NCBI GenBank assembly: GCA_949358305.1
Contig: OX442314.1
Span: 24,986,001-25,050,000, forward strand
Length of the DNA: 64,000 nucleotides
From: Strigamia acuminata
Taxonomy: Eukaryota
Reading direction: 5' to 3'
Positions 24,193 through 38,517 of the stretch are shown piece by piece (the stretch's first letter is position 1; the number at the start of each line of letters is the position of its first letter). The notes under the pieces were generated by a model. That model was not told the origin of the DNA, did not search any database, and saw only the letters and a list, made by a program, of their open reading frames with translations. Made by a program: the position numbers and the translations under genes.

Positions 24193-24777
24193 TTACATGA
24201 AATTTCGCATCAATTGCATTGAAACTACCACGAACATAAAACTAAAAGAAATCGATTGGACGTTGGCGTTATTGCATAGATTACTGATGCACAAACACAA
24301 TGTATGTGACATCCCATTGGTTTCCACTGTCGTTTTACACTTGTCTTGAAGATTTGTCGAACTCGAAACCGCGGGAAAAGAAATGGAAAGAGCTGGTAAC
24401 CCGCTGCAGCCTTTCATATAAACGGCTACAAATTAATAAAATTAAAACAATTCATTAAATAAACACTGGTTTCGTACATTTTTTGGCTACTAACCAGCCC
24501 CGTTTTCATCGGTCCCATTAAGTTTGACGCAGTATGGTCGTTCCTTCTCTGCATCGCACTCTGTTGGCTTCTCCTTGCAGTCATTTTCATTCTGGCATTG
24601 ATAACACCTGATTGCCTGTCCTTTTATTTTACAAAACAATGAATAAAGAAATCACAAAAATTATTTTTCTTAAAAAAAAAAATTTGAAATAAATAAAGTG
24701 TTGAGGAAATCTGTGCGTTAATTACCGGTAGTAACACATGCTATAATAAATAGTCCTGTAATTAAAGGCAGATTCAT
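24193..24777 (-). CDS. Ly6/uPAR three-finger GPI-anchored protein, copy G (three exons)
   Basis: Spliced MNLPLITGLFIIACVTTGQAIRCYQCQNENDC...LCLCISNLCNN plus hydrophobic tail. Confidence 0.9.
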
Positions 24778-25507
24778 CCTTTAAAAATGCTTATAATTTG
24801 ATCTGGTAGACTGTTGAAGGTTGAGTGACTCGAATACTCCTTTCCACCTGGCAAAAACAGAGTAAAATGCCTCAAATCTGTTGTAGGTGGCCTTGAGTTG
24901 TGATTGCGCGACTCAACGGTAGTGGGCGTCAGTGCACATGCTTTCCCAGCAAAATATGCATAAAATTAGATGGAATTTTATGTCAAATCTCTCCAAAGAA
25001 TGGTTTCACGTTATTTTAAATATCTCCAATGTCCCAATACGAGCAAAAACATTGAGATTATGCTGCAATTATCACTTTTCATCTCAAGTTTCTATTTTTG
25101 TTTTTATTGTTTACTTTATTCAGCTGTTGTGTAAATTCTCCAAGACATCCATTTGTAAACACAACAGTTCGATTGTTTAATGTTGAATTTAGTAGACGCA
25201 TTTATAAAGTCATTTCGTCTAAATAGCATTTTAAACAGCTTTTTAAACTCGTTTTCTCGACCTAACTTCAAAAATAGAGCCGATTTAGTCGTTTTTCAGT
25301 CGCAACTTGGCAAGCGTGCGACAGAATAACATTAAACTGCAAGTTAAACAAGGCTTGAAACTTGTAATTTGATTTATGTGCGCTGAGACTAATCACACAT
25401 TAAAGTAGTAGATAAGCTCCGTAAATGCGAGCACAACATTAATTTTTAATTATAAAATAAGAAAACAATTGATAGTGAGGTATACATTCATTTTAGGCGA
25501 AGGCGTT

Positions 25508-26476
25508 TTAGACGAACTTGAGTGAAAAAATTACAAATGTTAAAGAAAGGATCAGGAACTTGCTGACTGTGTTGTCGTTTGCATTATTGCAGAAATCCTT
25601 GTTGCAAATGCAAAAGGTTGTTTTCCGATTCTCGTATGTTAAAGTGTCGCATTTGTTTGATTTTCCCGCTCGACCAATGACCGGTTCGTCGCATCCCTTT
25701 TGTATGATCTCTGCAATTTGATTAAAACGTGAAATTAAAACGATTCGTCGATGGTTTAGTTAATTCAATTAAATGCTTACTTTGTCCGTCTTGAGATTCG
25801 GATTTCCAACAAAATTTAGTGTTTTCATTTGCAGTACAATTGCCGACGTTTTCTCTGCATTCTTTTTCGGAGTTACATTTATAGCACTTCAATGGAGCGC
25901 CTAGCAATGAAAAAAGGTACTAAATTAAAAAATAATGATTAACTGTGAAGATATAGAGATTTTTTATTTTTTATTTTTTATGATACTCGTAAAACATGAA
26001 ACTCTGTTCAGATTGTAATTTTTTCAGAAGCTAGCCCAGTCGTGACTTAAAAGTCTCCCCATAATTCATGGGCGTAAATTATGCGGATATTTTTATGGCA
26101 TAGAAAAATTAACACATTTGCCCAGCGCGATCTGGTGAGGATTTAAGTTGATGGATTTTTAATGTAAATTAAATTCCAGTATCATTTGCACTTGGTTTAT
26201 TTTATTTATTTATAAAGCAAAGCGTTTTGCAAAATGTTTTCATTTCAGTTTCAGCGTTCAAGGGGCACTTTTAGAATGTCGTTTCCCTATTTGGTGTAAT
26301 TACTAAAATTCAAAAAGTTTTTTTTTTTTTTAACTTTTTTAAAAAGATTTTTAAAAAAATCTTTTTGAATTCATAAGAAGTAATTTGCGTTATTCATAAA
26401 TAAAATAAACAAAATAATTCTTACCGTATTGCACCGCAAATGTGAAGAAGAAAACTGAAAGCAGAAGAAAATGCAT
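25508..26476 (-). CDS. Ly6/uPAR three-finger GPI-anchored protein, copy H (three exons)
   Basis: Spliced MHFLLLSVFFFTFAVQYGAPLKCYKCNSEKEC...FCICNKDFCNNANDNTVSKFLILSLTFVIFSLKFV*. Confidence 0.9.
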
Positions 26477-27897
26477 GACGGACGGGCGCATAATGGTTTG
26501 CGAATTGTGTAAAATCAAGGCTAAAACTGTGTCGTCAGCGCCAGTCGTTTGTGCCTTCTTTTTACACCTTACCCTACCCGTTTGATCGTTTTGGTTCCGT
26601 CAAGGAAACTATGGAAGACCAATTGTTCTCTAAAATGGAATATGCAAAGCCAAAACTCAGGTAAACGTTGTGACGTTGCTCTATTTTAATTTTTTTTTTT
26701 AAATTAGAAAAGAGAATTGTAAAGTGTAATTTCTAAGAAAATTATAAAAAGGAAAAAAAAAATATTCTGATTTATTTTCTTTTATATTACTCAGAATGGG
26801 GATGTCGCAATATTCCATAAAGACAGTGGCAATTTCCGTCATTGCCCATAAATGACATCATTTTTTGAAAGGAAATTCAACCAATAAAACTTGGAATCAT
26901 TTTCTAGATTCGCAGAAAAATAAAAGACAACAAAATTGATCTAGAAAAACACTCACTGGTCACTAAATTAAAAATTAACACTCGTTTTAATTGCATTACA
27001 CTGCAGCACGAGCACATGAACTCCAGGAAGACCTTGACCAGAATAGGACAGAAAATAGATTTGGCTGGGATTCCATTATGCAACATAAATATGTCTCTTG
27101 TAGAACTTTATCCACAAAATCAAACTCCAGATAGCACACGATTTTAATCTCCAATTTATTACATAGTTTTACAGAAGATGAAATAAGAAAAATAGTCATC
27201 AACTGCGCAAATATTCCGATCCCAGTTAGCGTGTTTTAAATTGCAGTTAAACATGTTTTGTTGTTTATATATTGTGTGCATGCTCAATTGCGACCACCTT
27301 TAGCAACCCTTATTAGTTTGAAAAATCGGTTTAGTGATTCCCAAATTTTATATTGTAGCAAACCAGAATTGTTTTGTTCCAATACGTCACGAACCCGTAT
27401 CATATTCAGTTGCGCTGAAATTTTGATGGAACTACCTAGGTAACATTTATGAAAAACAAACCCGATTTTTATGTTGTTCGGATTGTATAAGATTAAATGA
27501 GGCTTTTCAAGTTTATACGGGCAATGTACCGTACAAACAATGGCGACAACATTAGTATTTTATTTTTAATTTATTTATGAGTTGACGCCAAAGTGTCATG
27601 CTTATTTGCGGACCCACGGACCCCATTTTGGTCTAAATGACTTCTCCGAATGAATGTTTCAGATTCTTACATACCCAATGGATAAATTTCTATTGGTTCC
27701 ATATATATATATATATATATTTTTTATTTTTATCTTTATTATAAGTCAATGAAGAAGGAAAATTAAAACAATAATACAGCAAGCAAAAATTAACACATAA
27801 ATTATCAACCATAATTCAGTTCAACTTTACACAATTCAATGATCATTTCCAAAAATTTATTTACAAAATTTTCATTTCAATTAAACAAGCTTGAATT

Positions 27898-30800
27898 TCA
27901 TTCAAGGTAGATATCTTCGACCGGATATGCAGTTTCGATAAACTTGTGATAAAACCTATGAAAAGCTCGTCTGAAAAAACAATAAAAATAAGTAAAAAAT
28001 TAATGAATTAAAAAAATTATTTCCTTTCCACAAAGTGATAATTACCCAACAGCTTCTGCCACTGATCGCGTCGACTCGTCGCCACAAAAAACGTGGCAAG
28101 CAAAACGTTGAAGACTCGGGTGTTTAGTGACAAATCCAAAATATCTGTGATCGGTCGGATGGTAACCACAAAACGTTACATTTTTCAATGAAAAGAAGTA
28201 ATCGTGGCATGGTTCATGCAATGGCTGAAAAAAAAAATAAAAATTTAACTCCCAGGTCTAAATTTTGTTATTTTAGGCTTAAAACGTACCGGCGGTTTGC
28301 TCTTATCCACTATCCTAAGTCCTTGATCACTCACTTCCAATATGCAATGCCGAGGTGGATGAGGAATGGGACATTTCTGTACCACGATTTTATAGACTGC
28401 TTGACATAATACTTGATTGCCCTTTTGTTCATAAACTTCTAAAGAGCCCAGAAATTTGAGCAAGTATCTCTCTTTTTTAATTTGCACGCAATCTATAGAA
28501 ATTTTTTAAAAAAATTAGAATAATGGCGCCTACAGTTCGCGCCGGGTATCTTGAAGCTAAATTCGTACTGCGCATCCCATTCTGCGCAGACGATTTTCTA
28601 ATTCCAGTTGTTATTTAGCAATATTAAGCCTAATATTAGGCCTAATATTCCTAAAATAAAGTAAACAAACAACAATAAACTCATCATAAAAAGTAAATTA
28701 CACCATATGACCAAAATATTGACTTTATTTTAGCATTATTAGGCCTAATGATAGGCTTAATACCGCTAAATAACAACTGGAATTAGAAAATCGTCTGCGC
28801 AGAATGGGATGCGCAGTACGAATTTAGCATCAAGATACCGAGCGCGAACTGTAGTGTTTCTAAAATGTCGTGTTTTGTGAACGATGAATGACCTGGATCA
28901 AAATCGGAGTAATCCACATCAATTACGTAAGCGCCTGGAAAAATTCCTCGTTTGCCGGACCTCAAATTGACCCCCTCGCACCACAAATCGTCGGCTTCCT
29001 TCTGCACGTAAACGGGGTCGCCGATTTCAACCTCGATTTCGTCCGGATGTCGTGGAATAAACTTATGAAGACCGCGATGACTTCCTTCGAGTAATTCCAA
29101 CGTCTCGTTGGGCAATTCGCAACTCGATGCGGGCGATGTTGGCGTAACGTAACCTAAGACATTTACAGAAACGGATAAACAGAAACATTCAATCTTTTTA
29201 ATTATTTTACCATTTATAGTGGGAGAAAAACATTTGGCACCGTCGGGAGAATGAGTTGTCGAGTTACCACTGTCAAAATCAGCGCAATGATCTTTGCTAT
29301 CGGGACTCGCATCTTCCTCTGAAAGGGAGAAGAAATCTTGAGTGGAATTGTATAGGCGGGAAATGCGATCATTTGTCGTTTTAAATGTGAATTGATCGCA
29401 TTTCCCGTGAATTTTGCATCGAGTTGTGAGTTAATGCGTACCTGGTAGGCGTATATCATCATCAGTGAAAATAATATTACCGATATCAGTTTGCTCGGTG
29501 TTTCGGTAATCGAAATAAACACCGGTTGGAAGTTGCAAATTGAACGCATGATTTGGTTCTCGGTCTTCCGCTTCTCGGATTTCATCAGCCAACGATGCTG
29601 GAGCGCAAGTCGTGAACACCACGGAGGCACTTGTAGCTGGAAATTTAATGATAATGGGAATTCAGGAAAATTGTTTGGCAACCATCAATCGGCGGTTCAA
29701 GGCCTAAAAGTACTTTTTTTTTTACTAAGGTGTAATTTTGCACATAAAAAATGTGTTTAAACATCTAAAAAAAATACAGTTTTTGTGTCTAAAATGTAAA
29801 AAGTATTATTATTTTCCAAGTAAGGACTATTTTGTACATAAAAATGCATTTCAGGACTATTTTCACACTTAAAAATGCATTTCAGGACTATTTTCACACT
29901 TAAAAATGCATTTCAGGACTATTTTCACACTTAAAAATGCATTTTATAACTATTTTTGCACATAAATATGCATTGTAGGACTATTTTTGTACATAAAAAT
30001 TCATTATTGGATTATTTTTGTACCTAAAAATGCATTTCAGAACTATTTTCGCACATAAATATGCATTATAGGACTATTTTTGTACATAAAAATGCATTAT
30101 AGGACTATTTTCGCACATAAAAATGCATTTTAGGATTATTTTTGCACATAAATATGCATTATACTAGTAGGACTATTTTTTAACATAAAAATGCTTTACA
30201 GGACTATTTTTGCACTTATATGTGCATATTTGTACAAATAAATGAAGTGTAGTATTATTGTAGGACTATTTTTGCTAATAAAATGTATTTTAGGAATATA
30301 TGCACGTAAAATGCATTCCAGGACTATTTTTGTACTAAAATCTACTTATATGTCTAAATAAATGCAATTTTTATGTTTAGAAATGCATTTTCTTTAATTC
30401 TAAAAAGTTCAATTTGCTAATTGCCTCAGATAGAGAAAACACGCGCCCCACTGCCGTTCGACCACCGTTACACCTTGGACGTCCAAGGTTATACATACCG
30501 GCACCATTACTTCTACCGGAAATCATCTCTCTGTTGATAGGAATTGCTGGTAATTTTCTTCTTTTTCGTCTCGTTGTTTCTTTGGAAGCAGGGTGAGGAA
30601 CACTTTCCTAAATAAAAAAAAAATAAATAAAAAAAGTTAATTTACCAATAATTAAATAATTTTAATTTTTTAAATTTAATTTTAATTACTTTTTTTACTG
30701 TTTCGTCCCAGTAATTTGTCCGAGTAAAGGAAATAGCAGATTCATTCGCGGGATAGCAATAGTTCTCAGCTTGTGCGATAATTGGGCTAAGATTTGGCGA

Positions 30801-31146
30801 TTTCACTTCCAAGCTGTCATCGGAGCAAGAATCTGGTGAAACATCATGTGCTAAACTGAAAAACAATGTTGCGTGAACATTTTTTCTAGTTTAAAATATC
30901 CCCAATCAGAGTATCGTTAAATTCTCTAACTCGGCTATGCAGTGCAAGCCGACCTAAAGGATTAAGGGGGCAAAGATAATTATGACATTTCATAATTTCA
31001 AATTGTAAATCGATTTTGGAAATAAACAAATCCGAGGGACAAAAATTAGAAATGTTTTCTTACATGTACGAATTTTGAGGTGCTCTAATATGCTGCGGCA
31101 ATCTGTCAAAAATTTGCTTAAACTGCTCGAATTGAGGATCCGCCAT
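27898..31146 (-). CDS. MAPK8IP1: JNK-interacting protein 1 (JIP1/Aplip1), multi-exon
   Basis: SH3 ([25 protein letters not shown]), PTB ([21 protein letters not shown]), C-terminal kinesin-light-chain motif PVEDIYLE*, N-terminus MADPQFEQF. Confidence 0.93.
28533..28851. mobile_element. Tc1/mariner-type MITE in a JIP1 intron
   Basis: ~100-bp TIRs cagttcgcgc...gcgcgaactg flanked by TA on both sides. Confidence 0.9.
29820..30390. repeat. Intronic minisatellite, ~31-32-bp unit (aaaaatgcatttcaggactattttcacactt)
   Basis: Many degenerate tandem copies. Confidence 0.85.
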
Positions 31147-31304
31147 CTTCTTAAAGCGAAAAAAGCTACACACCGTCGCCAGATGGAACCGAAGTAAACA
31201 AAATAATTTTAAAACCTCACACCAGATGTCAATACAACCCGAAACTGAAGGCCATTTTGGAGGGCACAACATTTCCCAGTTTTCTGCATTAAATCATCAA
31301 AAAA
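31147..31304. promoter_or_regulatory. Putative bidirectional promoter between JIP1 and ATP synthase b
   Basis: Divergent start codons only 158 bp apart; YY1/Pho-like GCCATTTT near 31251. Confidence 0.65.
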
Positions 31305-32502
31305 ATGCTCGCAAGATTAGCGATAAAGCCTGGTAAGCATTAAATCTTGGTGCAAATTTCTCCAGCGATTAAATTTCCACCTAAAATATTAAAAAATTTC
31401 TTTTTATAGCTATTTCGTCGCCATCTTTCCTCCGACCTGCAGTCTGTGCGGTTAGATTCAACCAAAATGATGCAAAAGAATACAAATTAGAGGTCTTGAA
31501 GATCAAAGAAGGACCCGAGAGGGATTTGGTTAATTTCCCGCGCTATAAAAGACCCGAATATGCAGGAAAAGTGCGAATGGGATTCATCCCGGATGAATGG
31601 TTCAAATTCTTCTACAACAAAACTGGAGTCACGGGTGAATTGCATTCACGATATTAATTGCTTAATGCATTGTTTATTAACAAATTTTTACGATTTTTTT
31701 AAAGGTCCTTATGTATTTGGTGCCGGGTTTACTACTTATCTGTTTTCGAAGGAAATTTGGGTGATGGAACATGAATTTTACACCGGACTCTCACTTTTAA
31801 TCATGATCTGGTACAGTATCAAGAAATTTGGCCCTGCTGTCGGCAAATATTTGTCGGATCAAGTCGACGTACGTTAATGAATGAATGGATTTCATCAAAT
31901 AATAATAATAAATAACTGCGATTTTTTCAGGCTCAAGAAGCCGTGTACACGGATATCCGTAAAGAGACGATTGAATCGTTGGAGACTGGAGTTAAACAGG
32001 AACAGAGGAGTCAGGAAGAAGCTAAAGGGATGAAAGTTTTGTTCGATGCGAAAAAGGTGCGATGGATAAATAAATAATTAATTGATTGATTGATTGATTG
32101 AACTGCTTTTGTTTAGGAAAATGTGATGCTTCAATTGGAGGCTGCTTTTCGCGAACGACAAATGATGGTGTACACTGAAGTGAAGAAGAGGCTGGTGGGT
32201 TGAGAATTACAGCGATATTTATTTGAAAAAAATTGGATTTTAGATTGATTTTTGTTGTTGTTTAGGATTACCAAGTTGAGAAAATTAATGCTCAAAGACG
32301 AATCGAGCATAAGCATATGGTTAGTTGGATAATTAGCAACGTTGTGAAGAGCATTACGGCGCAACAAGTAATTTAATGCGGAAAAATGAGATTTTTTATG
32401 AGTTATTTATTTTTGAAACGTTTAATTCTTTTATAGGAGAAAGAAGCTCTTCAAAAATGCATCTCTGAGTTGAAGATGTTGTCAACTAAAGCTAGAGCTT
32501 AA
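31305..32502 (+). CDS. ATP5PB: Mitochondrial ATP synthase peripheral stalk subunit b, multi-exon
   Basis: [71 protein letters not shown] motifs across GT-AG introns. Confidence 0.95.
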
Positions 32503-32983
32503 ACTTAATGATTTTTAAGTTATCGTAATTTAAATTTCGAAAGAAATTTATCAGAGAATGTAAAACGTAAATGTATGTAGACGAATAGATAAATAAAAAG
32601 GGTGAAATTAATTAGATTTAAAAGAGTATTTATTGCTCGATTTATTTCCTAACTTCATTTTTAACCTCGGAATAACAAGATCAAACCTCGGATCTCGATG
32701 ACGTCATGTTCCTAAAATGTTAATAAATTTAAAACGGAAATAAATAAACTAATGCTTATTAATTTATACAACTTTTCTTCTAAAACTAAATAAAAAGCCG
32801 CTATAATGCGATGTTATTGCATTCTTAAATAAATGGGACTTTGGTATGTGCTGCCGGCCGTTGGCCGTCATTGGTGTCCTTGATATCGCCATATTTGAAT
32901 CTGAGGTGAAGGGAGTGAAGGACCAGGCGCTAGTGTCATAGTATTTTATATCCCGTTTTGAGACGTTTGAACGCGAGCGAAGA

Positions 32984-35900
32984 ATGTCCCGTCATAATGA
33001 TACAAATAGCGTGGCTCAAACGCATAAATTAGTAGTTGTCGGTGCTGGCGGTGTCGGTAAATCGGCCATTACCCTTCAGTTTATTCAGGTATTAGTTTTG
33101 CTTCATCTTTGTGTTTTTCATGCAATTTTTCTCAAATTGTTTATTTTTTACGTTCGTTTTTATTTTTTTTTGGAATTTTGTGACCGTTTTCTATGTACAA
33201 ATACGGTGGAAAAGTTGATTTAAATAGGAATTAATTTGTTATAATTTTTAATACTAATTTTTCTCTCGCCAGGAGGAGCGTTTTAAGTTTGTGCATTAAG
33301 GAAGAATACAAAGTTTGTTTCTTCGAGTTATTTTTGTTTACCCACTGAAATCGTGTAAAAGTGAAAGGCCTAATTGGGTGTGGCAAAGGAATTTTGACAT
33401 GAATTCGGTATTTTCCCAGGAATTTGTTACTTGATATGAGGAAACCGTGTTGACGTATTTCCATGTTTAAAAATGTTTGTTTTTCCGATTTGTGGTGATT
33501 TTAAGCAAAAAAACAAAACATTAAAAACACAAACAAAACAAAAAACATTAAAATATACACAAAAAACATTAAAAACACACAAAAAAACATGTAAAAAAAC
33601 ACAAAAAAAAAAACATGTAAAAACATAAAAGCACAAATAAAATCAAAATTTGGTCAAATAAATTAGTCCTATTTTGGTATTTGATAAATGGCTGTGAGAA
33701 TTAAACCTAATTTCAGAATCAACATGGTCAATAGCCAATTTTGGAAGTATGGAAGTGGTCTGGCCTAGTAAACTCATTTTTCACAGTAAGAAACTGGAGT
33801 TGATGCAACAAGAAATATTTTTTTTAAACATCTAATTTTTTTTTGTTGCCTTTTTCAAGATAGAATTCTAAAAGAAAAAATTACAAAAAAATTACAAAAA
33901 TAGAGTCAGTTCTCATTGAAGGCTCCTCATTCATAGCATTCTTTATTTTATTTTTTCTTCTTATTATTTTTATTACTCCATTTGAGTCATTGAAAAGAAT
34001 TTGAATAATCATCTTGTACTTGATCTAATTTAAGTGTACCAAACAAAAAAAGATTAGAAAAAAAAAACAAAGGTGGCAACTAGCAAGGCCCTTGACTCCA
34101 TTATTAGTCCCCAAACACAAACAGAAAGTTATTGCTTCTCCCTAGCCTAGAACAGTTAACGAACCACCGATTTAAACCACTTAGGGTGATTTATTTCAAC
34201 ACAATGCACCTTTACACGGCTGCCAAAGTTTTCAAGTGGGTTCAAAATGTCTGCCATTATTGCAAAATGTGAAATGTGAAATCCAAACCGGTTTCTACAT
34301 ATCCAACTAATCGAATTTCTAATTACATTTTAATCATTGAACTGTTTGAATGCATTATTTAGTGATGTAACATTTGTTCTGTCCCAGTAAACTTCCCCTT
34401 ATCTCCAATGTAAACAAGAATTTAATTAGTGGAAAAAAGTTAAAAGGCGGATGTTGTAATGACATAATGTTATTCAGAATGGACATGAAAGGGATGTGGG
34501 ACCGTTGGAGAATGTGTTTCTTGGAACTAGGTCTTGTTAAAAAAGGATGCATTTAGATTACTCATGAAATTGGGCTCTGATTCATAGGTTAATGTGTTGG
34601 GTGTTTTCTCGGTTTTCTCATACAAAGTGTTGAATTTAATTCTTTATTTTTTTTTTCTATTTCCAGTCCTATTTTGTAACTGATTACGATCCAACTATAG
34701 AAGACTCTTACACAAAACAATGCGTTATAGATGGTGTAGTAGGCAGATTAGATGGTAAGTGAGATGTAGGTGGTGGTAACACCCAGTGGGGGATGTACAG
34801 AGGGTGAATAATCAAAAATGAAACACTTTAAATGTGGAAGTGCAGAGAAGTGTTCCAGTCTTGGAAAGAAGATGCAGGGTTGTTAGTACACTCCATGGGA
34901 GACACATTGGACAAACTAAGACAACACACTGACGTGTATTAAAGGAAATACATTAAAAATTGCAGTGTTTCATATTTGAGTATTCACCCTCTGTATTTCT
35001 TCGATACTAAAGGCTAGTTTACAATGCTGCGAATTTTTGTTCACAATCACGCGAAGCGTTGAAAATTCAATTCTGAATTCGCGCCGCTGCATTGTGAAGA
35101 GAAACTGCGTGCAAAAAGTGCATCTTAGAATCGGAGAAATACGGTGTTTTCACATTTGGAGCTATTGATCGCATGATTCATACAAATAAAGCGAAATCAC
35201 AAATAGTGACCAACAGAATTGCGTGATGTCACTGCAAATAGGTTGTTTAAAATGAGGCGATAGTAGGTGTTCGTAACCTACGTCCGGCATGTGAATTTTG
35301 CAATTTGTAACCACCGGAGAAGGCCAAGGGGTGACCGAAAGCACTTTGGGGAATAAAAAAAGGTTGTGTGTATGCTATTTTGTCAAAAATTCTATTTCCT
35401 AATTTGTATGCAGGCACACTATGCGATAGTCCAGAATCGAAGCAATCGATAGAAATAACGTTCTAAATTAAGTTATGGTAAAGATTTTTAGACTTAGGAA
35501 AGTCTTCGCTAGGCAATATTCGGTGGTAATAGGAATAACGGAGATGAAGAAATGAGGTTTGAAATATTGTATAAGGGAAAGGCCAGATTGGTTATTCCTT
35601 TCGTTCTTAGCTGTGGATAAAAGTGTGATTTCTGTAGCGGTTTGTAGTGCAGACTTTTAATGAATTGTGAATTTAGTTCTAGATACGGCCGGCCAAGAAG
35701 AATTTAGTGCCATGAGAGAACAATATATGAGATCTGGAGAAGGATTCCTTCTAATATTTTCTGTAACGGATAGGAGTAGGTACATTGGGACAACTGCTAC
35801 GCTTTGAGAGAAAATAGCAATAGTTAAGTGATTGGTAATTTCAGTTTCGATGAAATCTACAAATTTCACAAACAAATCCTGCGTGTAAAAGACCGGGATG

Positions 35901-37349
35901 AATTTCCCATGTTACTTGTCGGAAACAAGGCTGATTTAGAACACCATCGATTGGTAAGCGTAGGGTTTACCATGAACATTATGCGTGTGTCTAACGTGCA
36001 AATATTGGTTTTAGGTATCATCCGAAGAAGCTTTAGCACTTTCGAGGCAATTAAAGCTACCGTACATAGAGTGCAGTGCAAAATTACGCATGAATGTGGA
36101 TCAAGCGTTTCATGAATTGGTCAGGATAGTAAGGTAATATTTTAGGGGTTTGTGAATAAATGGCGTCGTCCTGCGTGGTAAGGCGAGCGGGAACCAGTTG
36201 TTAGGAATTTTGAATCCAAACGCTGCTACTTTTAAGCGTGTTTCAGTGCTTTTCTGATTTCCCAATGGAGGTAACGGAGGATGCAATCTCAATTTTGTTT
36301 CCTCCAAGGGTGCTTAAGATGAAATAGAAAGGGGTGGGCCAAAAACTACTCAAAAAAAGTAGTGGCACTTTATTTGCTTTGCATTGTCTCTTAATGGCTG
36401 CAGTACCATTAACGCTACTTTAAAAAAAATTGTAGCAAAGTTGCGCTAGATAACTTTTAAATAGCACTATAATTTTGCTATTTTTTTGCTGCATTATTAA
36501 TAAAACTCATAATTATAAACAACAGCCATCAATTTTGCTCTGTAAAAATCTTCCGTTAGGATGAGCGGGATGGATTTATAGAAATTTAGGCCAATTTTCT
36601 ACATCTTGGACATCTAAATATGCGTTTTAAGCATGTTTTGGGCTCAAAATTAAAAAAAATTCATACTCGCTTACACTGGCATGCCATTAAAAACGGGGTT
36701 TATCGACATGCCGGTAATACTCGCACTATACCGACATGTGGCAATAAGCGGGGTAATACGGTATAACGAGGCTCGACTGTATATTAAATGGTTGCAATAC
36801 ATAATCTAAAGTAGCGTCGCTACAACTACGTTTACACTATTTATGAGCGGGTATAGTATCCACCATGTTTTTATGCTTCAGATAAAAACAAGTAAACATC
36901 TGTAATGCATGGACGCATTACATATTAGACTTCTAAACCCCTTCTACACTTTTCTGTATAGAATTGTAGCAAAGAAGTCGCAAAAGCGCAATATAGACGC
37001 CTAAGTTTCAAATGCGCGATATAGATGTCACGCACGTGTAAGTATTGTAATTTTCATATTACAAATTTCTTCCGGAAATGACGTCAGTGTAATGAAGCCG
37101 GAAGTGCGCGGACAGACAGATGGACATGATCGTTTTATTAGACTTTCTAAACATCAGGTTTAGAAGTGTAAAAATGTAGTGGAATTGTAGTGGCACTACT
37201 GTAGGCGGGCCAAGTCTTGCAAAAAGGTTTTATTTTATTTTATTTTATTTTAACTAAATAGGAAATTTCAAGCAGCTGAACGACCGCCTATTAAACAGTC
37301 CATCCGGAAACCAAAAAAGGAATGCCGGTGTCGGTGTGCCATTTTGTAG
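32984..37349 (+). CDS. RRAS2: Ras-related protein R-Ras2 / Ras64B, six coding exons
   Basis: [72 protein letters not shown] box CAIL*. Confidence 0.93.
34798..34993. mobile_element. Tc1/mariner-type MITE in an R-Ras2 intron
   Basis: TIRs cagagggtgaata.tcaaa.atgaaacact / agtgtttcatatttgagtattcaccctctg with TA flanks. Confidence 0.85.
36922..37174 (+). mobile_element. Possible non-autonomous Helentron/DINE-1-like element
   Basis: attagactt subterminal motif repeated, cggacagacagatggacatg tract, 3' hairpin ttctaaac-atcag-gtttagaa. Confidence 0.5.
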
Positions 37350-38517
37350 AACTAAGAGTACGTATCAGTTGTCTTGACATGTATATTCATCAAAGATGGG
37401 TAGCATATTATTGTCAGCCTTCCATCAAATATAATGTCAATGTCCATATTGTCATACCATATTGACTACAGATGCCTTAAAGTATTTTGAATTATTTTTA
37501 TTGTAAATATTTTCTAACTGATTTTTTTTTTGGTTATTTTTTGTTTTGCTTTGTATTGAAAAGTAGTTATGCAAACTCTGGCTATACGATCGTAGATACA
37601 AACTCCGGTTGTAGTTTTAATAATAAGTGTTGTTTTGAATTTGACAAAATTGTACAAACAAATATTAATTTGGCCACCAACCAGTTATGAACTTTGGAAG
37701 CAGAATGGAACCGGTCCTTGAGAAATTGTTCGAATTATAATCCGGTGAAGCGAAAAGGACGATTACGCTCGAGTTAATTCCGCATGTTTTTTGCTGGCCG
37801 TGTAGAATGAACTTTATTATTTTACAAAGATTTCTAAAGATTTTTGATAGATTTTGTATGAATTGTTTTCACTCTTTTCTTTCTTTTTGTTGTAACTGTT
37901 AAAGACAAGAAAATTGAATGAGCATATCACTTGTTTGTTAATTTATCTAAAGTTCAAATGAAATTAGTTTTATAAAATAAATAAATGAATAATGTGTTGC
38001 AATAAATAATGAAAAAGAAAATTCAGTTTTCATTTGTATTCTAATGTCTGTTGCAGCAAGTGTTATTAATGGGAAAACCGGAAGGTTATAGTACTTTAAA
38101 AAATATTAATGCCTTGCTACTATCTTGCTGTGATAAGACCACTTGTTATTTAACTGATTTATAACCAACAGCTTTGTTGAATTTAAAAGTTATTTCTTGT
38201 AAATGCTTGTGCCTTTTAATATATATATATACATAAAAAAATGGTCATAAAAATTAGTAGACAATCTAAGTTTGTTTATTTTCTTCATCTTTACAGAGTC
38301 CCTCGATTTGCGTGGTTTATATTTACGATGTTTATATAAAATGCACGAATTTTCAGAAAGAAAATCCCGTTAGTTTTTGAGAAAAAAAATAAAAACACTT
38401 TTGTGGAACGTAAACCTCCGTGCAAATTGTGGGATGACTAGTTGGTTCTGGTATCTTCATACGAGTGCACTTGAAAGCATAATTTTTTTAAGGAGAAGTA
38501 GAATATGATGGCAAGAT

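Noticed and set aside
26960..27110. Possible LINE reverse-transcriptase scrap (ELQEDLDQ)
   Set aside because: Too short and degenerate to support without a database search
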